Shown: positions 24,703-38,469 of the stretch, piece after piece | How the letters are laid out: each line of letters opens with the position of its first letter | Position numbering within the stretch: position 1 is the stretch's first letter | Assembly: GCA_030141605.1 (NCBI GenBank) | Contig: JAQGDQ010000328.1 | Span: 1 to 64,000 of the forward strand | Direction: 5' to 3' | Length of the DNA: 64,000 nucleotides | Source: Tubiluchus corallicola | Taxonomy: Eukaryota; Animalia; Priapulida | Program-made: the position numbers and the translations under genes | Notes under the pieces: model-generated | Seen by the model: the letters and a program-made list of their open reading frames with translations, nothing else | The model's database searches: none | Told to the model about the DNA's origin: nothing

Positions 24703-25419
24703 GACACCTCTGCTGGTTCAGTGGCTCAGCTTAGTGGGATATGCTTGTTAATGAATCAGCCGTGCCACTAAATGTTTGGCTCCAGCTTATAATGAGCAGA
24801 AATTTAATGGCTGAGACACCTCTGCTGGTTCAGTGGCTCAGCTTAGTGGAATACGCTTGTTAATGAATCAGCCGTGCCATTGAATGTTTGGCTCCAGCTT
24901 ATAGTGTGCAGAAATTTAGTGGCTGAGACACCTCTGCTGGTTCAGTGGCTCAGCTTAGTGGAATACGCTTGTTAATGAATCAGCCGTGCCATTGAATGTT
25001 TGGCTCCAGCTTATAGTGTGCAGAAATTTAGTGGCTGAGACACCTCTGCTGGTTCAGTGGCTCAGCTTAGTGGAATACGCTTGTTAATGAATCAGCCGTG
25101 CCATTGAATGTTTGGCTCCAGCTTATAGTGTGCAGAAATTTAGTGGCTGAGACACCTCTGCTGGTTCAGTGGCTCAGCTTAGTGGACTATGCTTGTTAAT
25201 GAATCAGCCGTGACATTGAATGTTTGGCTCCAGCTTATAGTGTGCAGAAATTTAATGGCTGAGACACCTCTGCTGGTTCAGTGGCTCAGCTTAGTGGAAT
25301 ATGAATGTTAATGAATCAGCAGTGCCACTGAATGATTGGCTCCAGCTTATAATGTGTAGAAATTTAATGGCTGAGACACCTCTGCTGGTTCAGTGGCTCA
25401 GCTTAGTGGAATATGCTTG
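24703..25419. repeat. 112-bp tandem repeat, about 6.4 copies
   Basis: GACACCTCTGCTGGTTCAGTGGCTCAG recurs at 24703, 24815, 24927 and onward. Confidence 0.95.
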
Positions 25420-25674
25420 AGTGGAATCTCGACCATTTTCGAAAATGGATACGTTCTTCCTCAAAAAGGTAAATATTCATTGGTAGTATGGCAGACGAAA
25501 CTGCCCAAAGCAAGTACACAATCAAATGGTCACTCATCTATTACCAAATGAGCTCAACCTCGCTTAACTTCAGCGTTAAGCACATACAGCTAGCACTAAG
25601 CCATTCAACTCACCCCCATAAAAGGTTAACTAATTATTAAATTTAATCAATTATAAATGTTTCATAAAACTTTA

Positions 25675-25959
<285 letters not shown>

Positions 25960-26189
25960 CTAAATAATAGAAAATCAATAAATTAAAAAGGAGTTTTTAT
26001 CTTTTTTGTCTTCTCTTCCTACTCAAACTTTCAAACTAGCAAAAATGGAAATTTTTTTGAAATGAGTGAATGAACTGCTTACTCATGCTGGCTAATGGAC
26101 TTTCACATACCTACCAGATGGTGTTTACAAAATTAATATGAATTTATTTATTTATTTGGAAATGCAAATACAATTTGTGTGCTTGCAGA

Positions 26190-26815
26190 CCAAAACCGTC
26201 CATAAGTCGGCATGTTAAAACTACGTGATGATGATTCAAAGCAGAATGTACCAAAAATTTGGTCAAAGGTTAATTTTTTGTTTTTTTTTCATGAAAACAA
26301 ATGCTAAATATATTGGACTTTTATATGCCAGGATTCAAATTATCAAGAGACTGTCAAAAAATACTAAAAAATTTATTTTATAACACAATACCCACTTTTC
26401 TGGCTAGGAATTAGTACTACAATTGTAAAAAACTTGTATTTTCAAACTCCGATTGTAGTTCATGGAAACAGTCATTTTGCTTTGGATTTTTTCTTTTGAA
26501 AAGCCCAGATTTTTGTCAAGAAGAGTCATCTACTGGATTTAAACATAACTTCCATGTGCTCTTGCAAAGTCCATAGCAACCAACATTTGCGAGGAATATC
26601 ACAAAAAACATTGGCTAACTTTAACAGCTACTGACTCTCAATATTAAGTTTTTCAGTGCATAGCCTGCACCTCAACTTCAACGTGGATTATCTCAGCTTA
26701 GAAATAACATAGAGCGATGAACTTTGTATAAAAATTATCCTCGTGAAATGGAGATTCGGGATATGTGAATAACTAGAAAAGATTAACTGCCGACTTGTGG
26801 ACGATTTTGCCCTGC
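26190..26815 (-). mobile_element. Dispersed repeat family B, second copy
   Basis: Reverse complement of 18690-19230; bounded by inverted AAAACCGTCCATAAGTCGGCA / TGCCGACTTGTGGACGATTTT. Confidence 0.7.
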
Positions 26816-27944
26816 AACCACACATATAGAGAAACAAGGAGAAAATATACAGTTAATAATAATGATTTAATTTTGATACAACAGCATATAATAAATGTCA
26901 AGAAACAGAAGTGAAACTTATTAGATGTTTGCACCTTTGAAAAGACGTCCAAATAATAACTGAAAAAAAACAAAAAACGAGGGTTTTAAGCGAAAAAATG
27001 TTGTGCAAAACAAGGATAAGAGTGACGGATAAGAGAATGTTCAAAAGAAGAATGGCTTGTGAAGATTCAGCTCAATAAAATCAGAAAGCACTGTGGATTC
27101 TACTCAAAAAAGAAGAACACAAGGTTATGACTGATGTGTCACTACAAATCGTAAAAACTACCGCCACAGTGATGGATACGACGATGCGGTAACCTAGCAA
27201 CAAGTTTGCTTGAAATAGAAATAACTTGAAAGCGGTACTTCTTCTAAGAACGAAGTACACAAAGTTCTTTCTTGCTGTTTTCTACTGTCAGTAACACTGT
27301 ACGATACTATACAAATGAGAAATCTTTTGTTTCTCTCTTTTGTCAAATATCTCTAAAGTTGTAAGCTTCTATTTTTATACAGCGAAATGCAATTAATACA
27401 TAATGGAATAACACACGCAAACTATAAGCAAACTTACAAGACTAAACTACTTTATAAGTTTCAATATCAGCCCCCCCCCAACTGATAAAATACCATGTAA
27501 TAATTTATTAAATTTATATAGCATTTTGTGAAGTTAATGTTTTGTAGCAGTGGTACAAAGAGCTAATATAAAAATGCAACCGTGAATCAAAATTAAAATT
27601 AATCATTAATTTAGCAGCGATGACCTATACTATCAGTGAATTGAGCTTCATTGAGAAACTGACAGCATTTTTCTAAACAGCAATGCTCAGCTACTGATAA
27701 TTTCTGCCATCTGTTGGACATTCTTTGAAACATTCACTAATAATTTCCTACTGCAATAGAAGGCATAGAAAAGCCTGGAATTAAATTGCTACGTCACAAA
27801 GTTTTTAATTTGCTTCCAAATTTTAAACACAGTTTAGTTTACATCAATTGCTACAAAGTCATCAAGCAGACACGTTTGACGACTCTACGGAAACGGCTTA
27901 ACGGAAGCCGGAATTCGAATTTGCCAGTTAAAAAATGTACTTGC

Positions 27945-28010
27945 CTCTCTTATTAGACAGTTGTGAGAGTTCAAATCTCGATGAATGATGTCCATTGAAT
28001 GCAGATAGGC
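27945..28010 (-). CDS. LIMK1: LIM kinase exon 12 (catalytic loop), GC donor
   Basis: [22 protein letters not shown], containing the LIMK-specific HRDLNSHN; followed by GCAAGT. Confidence 0.95.
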
Positions 28011-28636
28011 CTAAAGAAAATTGAACTAACATAATATTCAATAAAAGTAAAAACTCTGTAGAGAAACAAATAAAAACATCACATCTTCTTTCTATGAAAA
28101 GTGTAATATAGTTTTATTATAATATAGTATAATAATATTAGTAATAATATTTTTATTACTTCCCACCCGTATTTATATTTGTATATATTGTAATATTGTA
28201 TCTGTATATATTGTAATTTTTTTCGTAACTAATTCTAGTGGCCTACCATAAGCTAGCTTCTTAGGTCTCTAGCGCAGAATTCATGAATTGTATCATATTT
28301 TTGTATTAACAAAAACAGATTATCGATGCACATGTAATGTATATGTATACGTTTATTGCGAAATAAATCTATTAAATCTAAAATCTGATCTAAAGTGTAA
28401 AGATAATGACATCTCCTGATCTCAACCTACGTGATTGTTTAATCTAGTATGAGATATGGTGTAATGAAAGTAAATGATGTGACAAGAATTTTATTTTTAA
28501 CATAATATTTGACGCATTTTCATACACGCTCAAGAACCAAATATTATAAGTTTATTATATTATATTATTATTAACTTATTATATAATAAGTTTCATCTCA
28601 CAATTTTGCTGACTGTACAATGAACGAATGAGTTGA

Positions 28637-29172
28637 AGGAAAACCGGCGATTGATTAGACTCAAATTCATTTTAATTTACTGTCCAAAATATGCAATTTC
28701 TTGCCTATAGAAGTTTGCAATTGTTTCTAATATTAGAATAATTACCTTGGAAAGTTAATTAACGGTAAACGAATACAGTTATCACTTACGTTCGCAAACT
28801 AACCACAGTTTGTGCAATAGCAGGCATCTTCCCTGTGCATCAAGCACGTTTGCGTAAGTAAAGATTGCTATAAAATGCTAACGCGATGTCACGAAAATGA
28901 GCTCTACGACACGCTGACGTCACAGACGAACACAGAAGTCCATGATCATGCTTATCACGGTACTGCGCCTATTTGTCAGCCACCGAATAAGACAAAAGGC
29001 ACACTGCCTGTCTTAGTGGATTCGCTGAGCAGCAGGCAACTTTGACAGTTTAACTATCCAAGGTAATTATTATTTAGTCTAAGCTTTGAAATAACAAACT
29101 CTGTTGCAGTTTTCAATATTTTGGAGCATACTTTGTTTTGAACTAATGTTTACATAATCGTACCGTTTTCCT
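28637..29172. mobile_element. Old fold-back MITE with long imperfect TIRs
   Basis: AAGGAAAACCGGCGATT / AATCGTACCGTTTTCCTTTAA and AATTACCTTGGAAAGTTAA / TTAACTATCCAAGGTAATT. Confidence 0.5.
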
Positions 29173-29319
29173 TTAATAATTGTACACAATGATTGTTGAA
29201 AAAGTTGTTATTGACTCTAATTACTATAATCATTGTTCTCCATGTGTTTGTAATATTGGCCCAAGAAGAAAAATGTTCAGGAACACATTACAGCAGAAGC
29301 CATTTAACAACAAGTAGTC

Positions 29320-29385
29320 AGTAACTCAGCTGGTAGAATGCCTCTCACACAATCACATGGACCTAGGTTCAAATCCCAGTTGAAG
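29320..29385 (+). mobile_element. tRNA-derived SINE-like head
   Basis: A-box-like TAACTCAGCTGGTAGA and B-box GGTTCAAATCCC; acceptor and anticodon stems do not pair. Confidence 0.55.
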
Positions 29386-29617
29386 AACAATTTTTTTGGT
29401 GTCTGTTATAATAACTAATACTTGTTTCTTAAAAGACGGATTAATAACATTTTGTTTCTATATATCTACCTATCCATCTTATGACATCAGATTTTGAGAA
29501 AGTGAAAAACAGAGTTAAACAATACAAACTGCTATACATAAACATTCATGCTTTTTATCTATAATTAAATACTAAAATAGTACTTTAGGCTTTGTAATAT
29601 AAGAAATGATTATGTAC

Positions 29618-29724
29618 CATTCCAGATGCAATATCTTTTGCCAAGCTCAGTCGTAATTCCCATGGTAGATCCTCTTTCTTATTCTCCTCTACAAGCATTT
29701 TCAACGTCCCACCTGGTATATACT
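29618..29724 (-). CDS. LIMK1: LIM kinase exon 11
   Basis: EYIPGGTLKMLVEENKKEDLPWELRLSLAKDIASGM. Confidence 0.95.
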
Positions 29725-29887
29725 CTGAAAACAAAGAGAAAAAGGGATTTTTGATTTTTTAGAAATGTCAAGCTTCTCAATAAAGTAAACGTTTTTCCTC
29801 GTACTTACTTAGCTTTTAGTTTGTACAATCAGGATTTTAACTCAGATTAGTTATGCCATTTCCGTTAAAACAGGCTCAAACTTGATG

Positions 29888-30795
29888 CAGTAAGTCCACG
29901 CTTAACAACTCCCCGTTTAGCAACATTTCATTTTAACGACGCCGAACATTTGAAACCTTGTTTTCACTTAACGACGCACGTTTCATTTTAATGATGATTT
30001 TTTTACTTTGCTCTAAGCAAATTTTATCAACAACTTTCTTATGTAATTTGATGCATTAAAACAGTATATATTGCATTATTCTGTTCTAAAACGCCTTAAT
30101 AGCGTAAACAGTGAAATTATTGTACTAGTATATATTTTTCTTCCCGATTAACCACTGAACGCTAGCCGTATGTATCAAGCGAGACCTGGGAGCAAACTCT
30201 ATGCAAGGAATTTTGCGTGCAACTATAGTAACCGGACAAGATAATATCCCCAAAGTACTCCCAGCTCTTGATTTTGACTCTGCTGCAGTGTTTATTGTTT
30301 AAAACTCTATGCAAGGAATTTTGCCTGCAACTATAGTAACCGGACAAGATAATATCCCCAAAGTACTCCCAGCTCTTGATTTTGACTCTGCTGCAGTGTT
30401 TATTGTTTAAAACTCTATGCAAGGAATTTTGCCTGCAACTATAGTAACCGGACAAGATAATATCCCCAAAGTACTCCCAGCTCTTGATTTTGACTCTGCT
30501 GCAGTGTTTATTGTTTAACCGCTGCATAGGATTAAACGTTAACGAAAGAGAAACCGCTAGCTAGGTAAGTACAGGTGGTTTCAAGTAAGCAGAAAGAAAT
30601 TAATCAGTAAAAATATGAATAAAACTCCTAAAATGTTTAGGTTACGTGATTTAATCAGCATTGATTTTTACCTCTGGAACGTATCTCAATTCTTTTACAT
30701 CAGTTTCTATGGAAGTCTTGGTTTCGCTTAACAATGTTTTGCTTAACGTTGCATTTTGCTGGAACGAATTAGTGTCACTAAACGAGGACTTACTT
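29888..30795. mobile_element. Tigger-like non-autonomous element containing a 108-bp x3 tandem repeat (30194-30518)
   Basis: CAGTAAGTCCACGCTTAAC ... CTAAACGAGGACTTACTT imperfect TIRs; near-identical units at 30194, 30302 and 30410. Confidence 0.65.
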
Positions 30796-31291
30796 TATAA
30801 ACAATGATTATATACTGGGTGGCGCGGAAAAAATATGCGGAAGCCCAGACTACAATAATATTAGAAGCTACCCCTAAAATTAAAATGTCGCAACACTGTA
30901 TTACAAAACATAGCCTTTTGGCTGTGAAAGTTGCAAATGCACAGCGTAAGTGGTTTCTAAATTACGACTGAAAAACTTTTCAATGTTAAAAAATTAAATG
31001 CCGGAACAATGTAGCTAAATGCATCAAACGAAAAACAGCCACATTGAAGCATAAAGTGTTCAATACAAGGAGCAAAAAATAAAGAAATCAATCGGTTTAG
31101 ACCACGATCATCAATGGTCATCACTAGAGAAAATAAAGCATTGATAAAGATTTGCTGGCAAGATAAAAATGGGACTAAATCCTCGGGATCACAGTACCTA
31201 AAATTCCCTTAAATGGCAGCTGCACAGAGCCACTTGAAGCTGAGAAACTAAAGGCAAAAATTGATGAGTTTCGGGGCCAAATGCACCTTAA

Positions 31292-31930
31292 AGCAAAAGC
31301 GCACCCTGTAGGTCAATCTAAAACTGAAGGTCAAGACAATCTACCCTTTAAAATATTGAAAGAAAATATACTATTTTTTCAAAAATGATTTACATGAAAC
31401 AGTTATTACCACACGATAACAATTTCGCATTCACGCCACTAGTTATTCATTGTTGCCATTCGCAAGTTAGACGTGCACTAGCGCCCGCAATTCGCAAACA
31501 AATTGCACAAAATACAGGCGCTGTACCTCTCAGTTTAGATGTGTTACTTTATGACAAACAAAACGTGTTCGACAGCTCATGGGTGAGCAAAGCAGTAAAT
31601 TTGAAATTTGAAGGATTTTTATCTTAAAACTTGGCTAGTTTTAGTAAAACACACTGAATATCTTACAGTAGCACTGTACTTCAATTTTTGCTTTTGCAAA
31701 CACGTGCAACACACTCGCGAAATGTTTGTGCTGTTGAAAATTATGTTGGTTTGTGATGTCATCAATAGTTGGGCTCGCCTTTCGTTAATTAAGTTTTTAA
31801 TTTATTATTTAATTATCAGAAATGCTTTTGCAGTATTATTTGTGCTGAAATGTATCTTTTTGTCTAACTTTTTATCGGACTTGAAATCAGGGTAGTATAT
31901 GAAAAATATGAAAAATCGTCCTGTCTTTGT
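31292..31930 (+). mobile_element. MITE family A, TTAA-flanked (Kolobok-like)
   Basis: TTAA|AGCAAAAG ... CCTGTCTTTGT|TTAA; carries the empty site for the LINE insertion at 8139. Confidence 0.75.
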
Positions 31931-32197
31931 TTAAAGAAGCAAGAAACAGTATTTCAACAATAGTGATACAATATTTTTCCCGTCTTTATTAGTTTTTTGA
32001 CTTGTTCAGTATAAAACCTCTATACCCTGTATACAAATATAAGGGAAATGACCTAAAATTTTTGGTGTTTATACATGAACATCTGTAAGAATAATGTGGC
32101 AATTTTCAAGTGATTCTGTTGTTTTCTTCTCATAACGTTACGATTAAATCTTGGGCAGATTTGTTTTGCGCCACCTGTGGTATGCGCGTGACCTTGC

Positions 32198-32802
<605 letters not shown>

Positions 32803-33000
32803 CTAGAAATGAAAGAACAATCATCAGAACATGAGAGAGATAAAGCAAGAAATTTTGCACTACTTGTGCGTGTAGAGCAAAAACACTCATATCTCCGTTT
32901 GCCAGACAAAAGCAGGGAGTCCAAATTTGTCAATTGTTTATTTTTCAGATACTAAGGTAAGCGCCGTGCATTAGACTCATGGTAATGTTGAATCAATCAG

Positions 33001-33340
33001 CTAATTGTCTCAAAAACGGCTAGTACGGCCGCTCCCATGCAAAAGTACATAAAAACTGACTCAAATAACTCTGCATAATTGACTCTAAACAACTTACGCA
33101 CACTGATTAAACCACTTGAACACGATGATATACAAGCTACACACGTGTCGTTACGTGAAGCTTCGATGTAATCAAAGTGACGGCCCACCAACTAGCGGTC
33201 AACTCGTGAAATAAAGGACAGTGTCCGTAGTTTTTATGACTTTTCAATGAACCAGATTTTGTCTGAATTTTCCGATATCCGTAAAAGCGAGGTCCGGCAA
33301 ACCGAGATATGAGTGTAGACACATTCCAATTTTGGACTGT
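33001..33340 (+). repeat. Dispersed repeat, direct homologue at 54474-54830
   Basis: Shared CTAATTGTCTCAAAA...ATGCAAAAGTA.ATAAAAACTG...TGACGGCC.ACCAAC.AGCGGTCA. Confidence 0.75.
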
Positions 33341-33715
33341 CAAATTGATTCAGCAGCAAAAACAGCACTTACTTTTACTGTGTGAGCCAATCACAGTTAA
33401 GAATCGATAGAAAATGAAAGTTTCATTGTTCAAATTAGCCCGGCGATTTTAGCAATTTAATCCATACTTCAAATGACACCAATAGTGGTGGAAAATTGGT
33501 GAATGAAACCCACACCTGTCATTTTTTTTAAACAAAACTTAGCCAAAAGATATATAAGTTAAGATTGCATGTATAACTTACATTTACTGTGCAAGATCTC
33601 ATAACCATTTCCAAACTTTTGTTATGAACATTTTGGTAATTATTAGGTTAAGTTCATTATTGATAGACAATTTTGAAATTATGAATACAATAATCAATTT
33701 TATCAAATTATTTCA

Positions 33716-33856
<141 letters not shown>

Positions 33857-34860
33857 TTATTAAAAACAAATAAATTAGGACTTACTGTCCTGGAAATTGG
33901 AGAATAAAATCATTTCACAAAAACTAGGGTCTCCACATGCAGGTTTACCAGTGTGAAAAATATGGTGTAAAAATCAGAAACGTAACGCTGTGTGCATTCG
34001 AAAAAGTTCACATACACAAATGCACAACAAACAAGTGAATTAGGAGACATGCAAGTAACCAAACAAGCAAGCAAAAGAATAAAAAACAATAAACGACAAA
34101 GAGAAACACAGAAAGAAAGCACGCGTGGAAGAAAGCAAATTAAAAATCTATTAGATAAGTGAAAGAGCAAGCAAACAAACGAGTGAAGAAGAAAGAAAAA
34201 ACAAACAAATGTGAGAAGGGAGTAAGAAACAAATAAGCAGACAAACAAACAAATAAACATATGAAAGACGAAAGAAAAAACAAACGAATTTGAGAAGGAA
34301 GCAAGAAACAAAGAAACAGACAAAGAAACAAATAAACAAAGAAAACAACTGAAAGAACAATAAAATAAAAATATTGACTAACTAACCAAACAACTAACCA
34401 CCCAAATAAATGACCATCAACTAACAAATGAACCAAATAATGAATGAACCAGTTAGATAACCAACAAACCAATCAGCCAACCAAACACCCACCCATCTAG
34501 TCAGCCAACCACTAATTAACTAACCAATCAACCAACCAACTGACCAGCTATTCAACTAGCAAACAGACAAGCAAACAAACAAGCACTAATTTATACATTT
34601 TGATGTTTCACTAATTCATAAATTACAATACTTGGCATAAACGCTACTTTGAAAGTATAAATCAACGATAAACAGACCTCAGAGCCACGTCATTTCAGCT
34701 GATCTCCAGCTGGTTTATTTCTACAGTCGACCTAGCTGATAAGAAACCCAGCTTTAGTCGTGCCCGCCGCTCAGCGACGAGAGTTGAGCTAGCTGACATT
34801 TTTGCCAGTTGTGAAGATTTCCGCTATTATGATAAACATGTGACACTGCAAATCACTGGT

Positions 34861-35342
34861 CGAAGCTTAGCCTTAGTCGAAACTGTATTTCTGTATAACT
34901 CTGAGTTCTGGACATTAAAAGCAAATCATAAAGCTGAAATCGATGCGTATCAAAGGCGAAATTACAGAAACATTTTGGGTATTAGATGGCCAAAGAAAAT
35001 TTCAAACAAAGATCTATATGAAAAAATAAAAGAAGAACCTTGGACAAGAAAAATAAAAAGACGTCGTTTAAGATGGATTGGGCATATGCTTAGACTACCT
35101 GATGATGTTCCAGTAAAGATAGCTCTTCAACAAGCCATAGAACCAGCTAAAAAACCTGCAGGAGGACAAATGTTAACATATTTAGATTTTGCACAGAAAG
35201 ATTTAAACACTTCGGCATTGATCCTTAGAAATAAATCCACTTGGGGCATTGCAGCGTGTAGGGAGTCCTGGCATAGAGAGGTGAGCAGAATCATGTCCCT
35301 GGACGTGTGATTCATTGAAGAAGAAGAAGAAGAAAAAAGAAG
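34861..35342 (+). mobile_element. 5'-truncated RTE-clade LINE with (GAA)n tail and 11-bp TSD
   Basis: FLYNSEFW...RNILGIRWPKKISNKDLY...RRRLRWIGHMLRL; TSD AAATCACTGGT at 34850-34860 and 35343-35353. Confidence 0.9.
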
Positions 35343-35799
35343 AAATCACTGGTAGAAATATGGCTAACACATTGCAGAGTCATGCGCAGATTGTGTGTGT
35401 GCTGGCAGAAATACTAAACTTTAGAAATTTTTGAACGAGAAAGCTGGTCAGTTCAAAATTAAACACACAAATAGGCAACGTTAGTCACATGTATGGGATC
35501 ATTTTGATGTTTTGGTATTGATTCATCGTTAATCAAAATAAGCCTCACCAAAAGTTGGATTTAAATTATATTTGCAACAAATCAATTACTTTTTTATAAT
35601 AATAAAAATTTGATCTCTAATGCATTATTTTAATTTGTACATCAGTTTTTTTCTGTGTATAAGCAACACAAATTATTTAAAAAAATTGTCTTCATAATTT
35701 AACAGTTAAGTAACAATTTATCATTTATTTAGTTAACAAAAATTTGTAGCTTTATCCGACTTAGCTGATTTTTTCTTTAAGCCAACTCAGCTGAAAAGT

Positions 35800-36430
35800 C
35801 AGTCAACTTCAGCCGAGCTAGCTGATTTACTGTGTGAGTCAGCCGATATAGTAGCAACTGACTCAACTTCAGCCGAGCTAGCTGATTTACTGTGTGAGTC
35901 AGCCGATGTAGTAGCAACTGACTCAACTTCAGCCGAGCTAGCTGATTTACTGTGTGAGTCAGCTGATGCAGTAGCAACTGACTCAGCTTCAGCCGAGCTA
36001 GCTGATTTACTGTGTGAGTCAGATGCTGTGGTAGCAACTGACTCAGCTTCAGCCGAGCTAGCTGGGTTACTGTGTGAGTCAGATGATGCAGTAGCAACTG
36101 ACTCAGCTTCAGCCGAGCTAGCTGATTTACTGTGTGAGTCAGCTGATGTAGTAGCAAGTGACTCAACTTCAGCCGAATTAGCTGATTTACTGTGTGAAAC
36201 AGCTAGCTGATTTACTGTAGTAGTAGCAACTGACTCAACTTCAGCCGAGCTATAGCTCATTTACTGTGTGAGTCAGCTGATGTAGTAGCAACTGACTCAA
36301 CTTCAGCCGAGCTAGCTCATTTACTGTGTGAGTCAGCTAATGTAGTAGCAACTGACTCAACTTCAGCCGAGCTAGCTGATTTACTATGTGAAACAGCTAG
36401 TGATTTACTGTGGTAGTAACTAACTCAGTT
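35800..36430. repeat. 60-bp minisatellite, about 10 copies
   Basis: Unit ACTCAACTTCAGCCGAGCTAGCTGATTTACTGTGTGAGTCAGCTGATGTAGTAGCAACTG. Confidence 0.95.
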
Positions 36431-36501
36431 TCAACCTCTAATGATTAACAATTTACCCAAAGATGCCAAATGTTAGGACACAGAAATGCAAACTCTCATA
36501 C

Positions 36502-36670
36502 CTTGTACACTTGACCGAAGAATCCTCTACCCAGTTCTTCTCCAAGTATGAGATCAGTTGGACGGAAAATTTTGTTGTTCTTGTGAGCGTCAAACCGAAA
36601 CGAGTTGGCACGCTGTGATAGCTTGTCCGGTTTAGAACGACTAGAAACCGGAGTTTCACTCAACTTCGGG
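36502..36670 (-). CDS. LIMK1: LIM kinase exon 8 (start of kinase domain, Gly-rich loop)
   Basis: PKLSETP...KIFRPTDLILGEELGRGFFGQVYK; TTTTTAG acceptor in phase 2. Confidence 0.92.
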
Positions 36671-36987
36671 CTAAAAAAGTGAGAAAACGACTTATCACGC
36701 CCAAAGCAACAAAATGACAACTATTGAAGCGAAATTTGAACCTCTTGGACGGCAAGCATGGAGGAGTTTTGTCTTGACAAACAGGTTACAGGTAGCTTAA
36801 TGAGGATCTGAGTTTCACAAAAAAACCAGAGAAAAACCATAATGGAAATTAATGCATTTTTCAGTAGTTTATGGCCAGAATTATTTGTGTGACATATTTA
36901 GCATCCTCAAACAAATAATGTGACATGTCATTTCAAAATCACATGATTTAAGTAAAAATAGTTTTTTTACTACATGAATGTTTGCGA

Positions 36988-37312
36988 CGCATTCAGATTA
37001 GTAAGCTGTTTGTCGTGAGTATTCTTTCTTGACAGCAAACTTTCAAGTGTGAATTGCTTAGTGAGTTACCATCAACAAGTTATTGCAAACTTGCCGATAG
37101 TTACCGTGAGTTAATCTCCCATGAGTTACTGCCTAGTGTGAATGCATCGAGGAGTTACTCTCGACACTTCTCGCACTGAATGTAGAAGGGAGTGTCTGCT
37201 CGTGCTTACTGTCAGAGAGTAACTAACAGCAAGTTTAGATCTCTAGTCGCAACATGTTCGCGAGTTACTTGACGAGTGTTACTTGGTGAGAAAACTAGCT
37301 AGTCTGAACACA
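36988..37312. mobile_element. Old MITE-like element with GAGTTAC internal repeats
   Basis: Imperfect TIR TTCAGATTAGTAAG / CTAGCTAGTCTGAA. Confidence 0.4.
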
Positions 37313-37396
37313 ACATTAAGCTTTCATTTAAAATACCCTTCAGTGGACTGATAGGAAACATAAATAAGTGAATGGCGACTATCAAATCAACACTAC

Positions 37397-37668
37397 CTTT
37401 CACTTTTTGGAAGAGAAGATGATCGTTTTTTACTGAGGTTACCGCGACTATTGCTCCGACATCGTCCGAGGCTTAGTGAGGAAAAGGACGGATATGACTC
37501 ACACACGAGCATCTGTTGCCCTGTGCTTGGCGATTTCGAAGCCTCGTCGACAATGTCTTCATCGGATTTCTGCGATTCCGGTGAATGCGACCTCGTGCGT
37601 CGATGGCTCGGATCCCGTTCAACCATGAGGTATAACGTATTATTTGAGCTTCGTATCACAGCATCTAT
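37397..37668 (-). CDS. LIMK1: LIM kinase exon 7 (end of PDZ, Ser/Pro-rich linker)
   Basis: IDAVIRSSNNTLYLMVERDP...KRSSSLPKSE; splice phases 0/2 fit the neighbouring exons. Confidence 0.88.
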
Positions 37669-38168
37669 CTAAAAATTTATGAAAAAATCTTCAATTTACG
37701 GTTTTGTATGATGCTCATTGTGTTGGAGGCTAAAAAGTATCGAAATTTCTGCCACAACGGTGTATTAATGGCTGAGTAGTGTTGCCACTCAATAGTGATA
37801 CCATAATTATCAGAACAAGCACGTTTGTGATACAAAAAAAGAGACTATACAATAATCAATAATTATATGATAATTTAGTAATGAAATACTAAAAAACAAA
37901 GCATGAGAAAACGTGCTTGGAAAAAAATTAAAACATTATTGCTAACCAGTGGGAAATAAACAACTTTGATTTGAACTGATTTTAAACCTTTCAGAATTCA
38001 GCTTGAAACATTCACAAAGCTGCAAGAAATTTTTTTTGAAGAAATTTTTTTTCTTCCGCCTTACAGACATCTTTTGAGCTCATGAGGCAAGACAGAAACC
38101 ATTTTTTGTGACCGATCTAAATTGGTAAAAGTACCTAAAGGTAAAAGTTCATAAATTGGTAAAGGTAC

Positions 38169-38262
38169 CTCTTCCACTTGGCGTTCCTTTACCGGTGTTC
38201 CATTAACTTCTAAGATTTTATCACCAATATGCAATGACATCAGTTCAGGACAAAGCTCAATG
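38169..38262 (-). CDS. LIMK1: LIM kinase exon 6 (PDZ)
   Basis: IELCPELMSLHIGDKILEVNGTPVKERQVEE. Confidence 0.93.
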
Positions 38263-38469
38263 CTGAAAAATATATACATATAAGCGAGATATTGAAGCTG
38301 CAGTTACGTGCAAATTTCTCTATTTTCTTAGCCAACTTCTGCACTATTGCTGCTGCATTATACAACAAATTTGCTTTTTCATTTTCTCATATGTTATTCA
38401 GTGAGTGTCTTTTGGATCGAAGAATCTGGTCGAAATAGAAAAGAGAAAAACTTTTTTGATGGTTCTTAC

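Noticed and set aside
23039-25419. CRISPR-like arrays (also 16887-17251, 35800-36430, 62455-62831)
   Set aside because: Units are head-to-tail with no unique spacers, there are no cas genes, and the context is eukaryotic introns or intergenic DNA.
27189-27201. RFX X-box-like motif GTAACCTAGCAAC
   Set aside because: Single short motif deep in an intron; similar half-sites occur in neighbouring repeats.
29320-29385. Functional tRNA gene
   Set aside because: A and B boxes are present but no cloverleaf can be formed.
35777-36260. Ser/Ala-rich repetitive protein ORFs
   Set aside because: Open frames result from a 60-bp unit; exons 8 and 9 join in frame without them.
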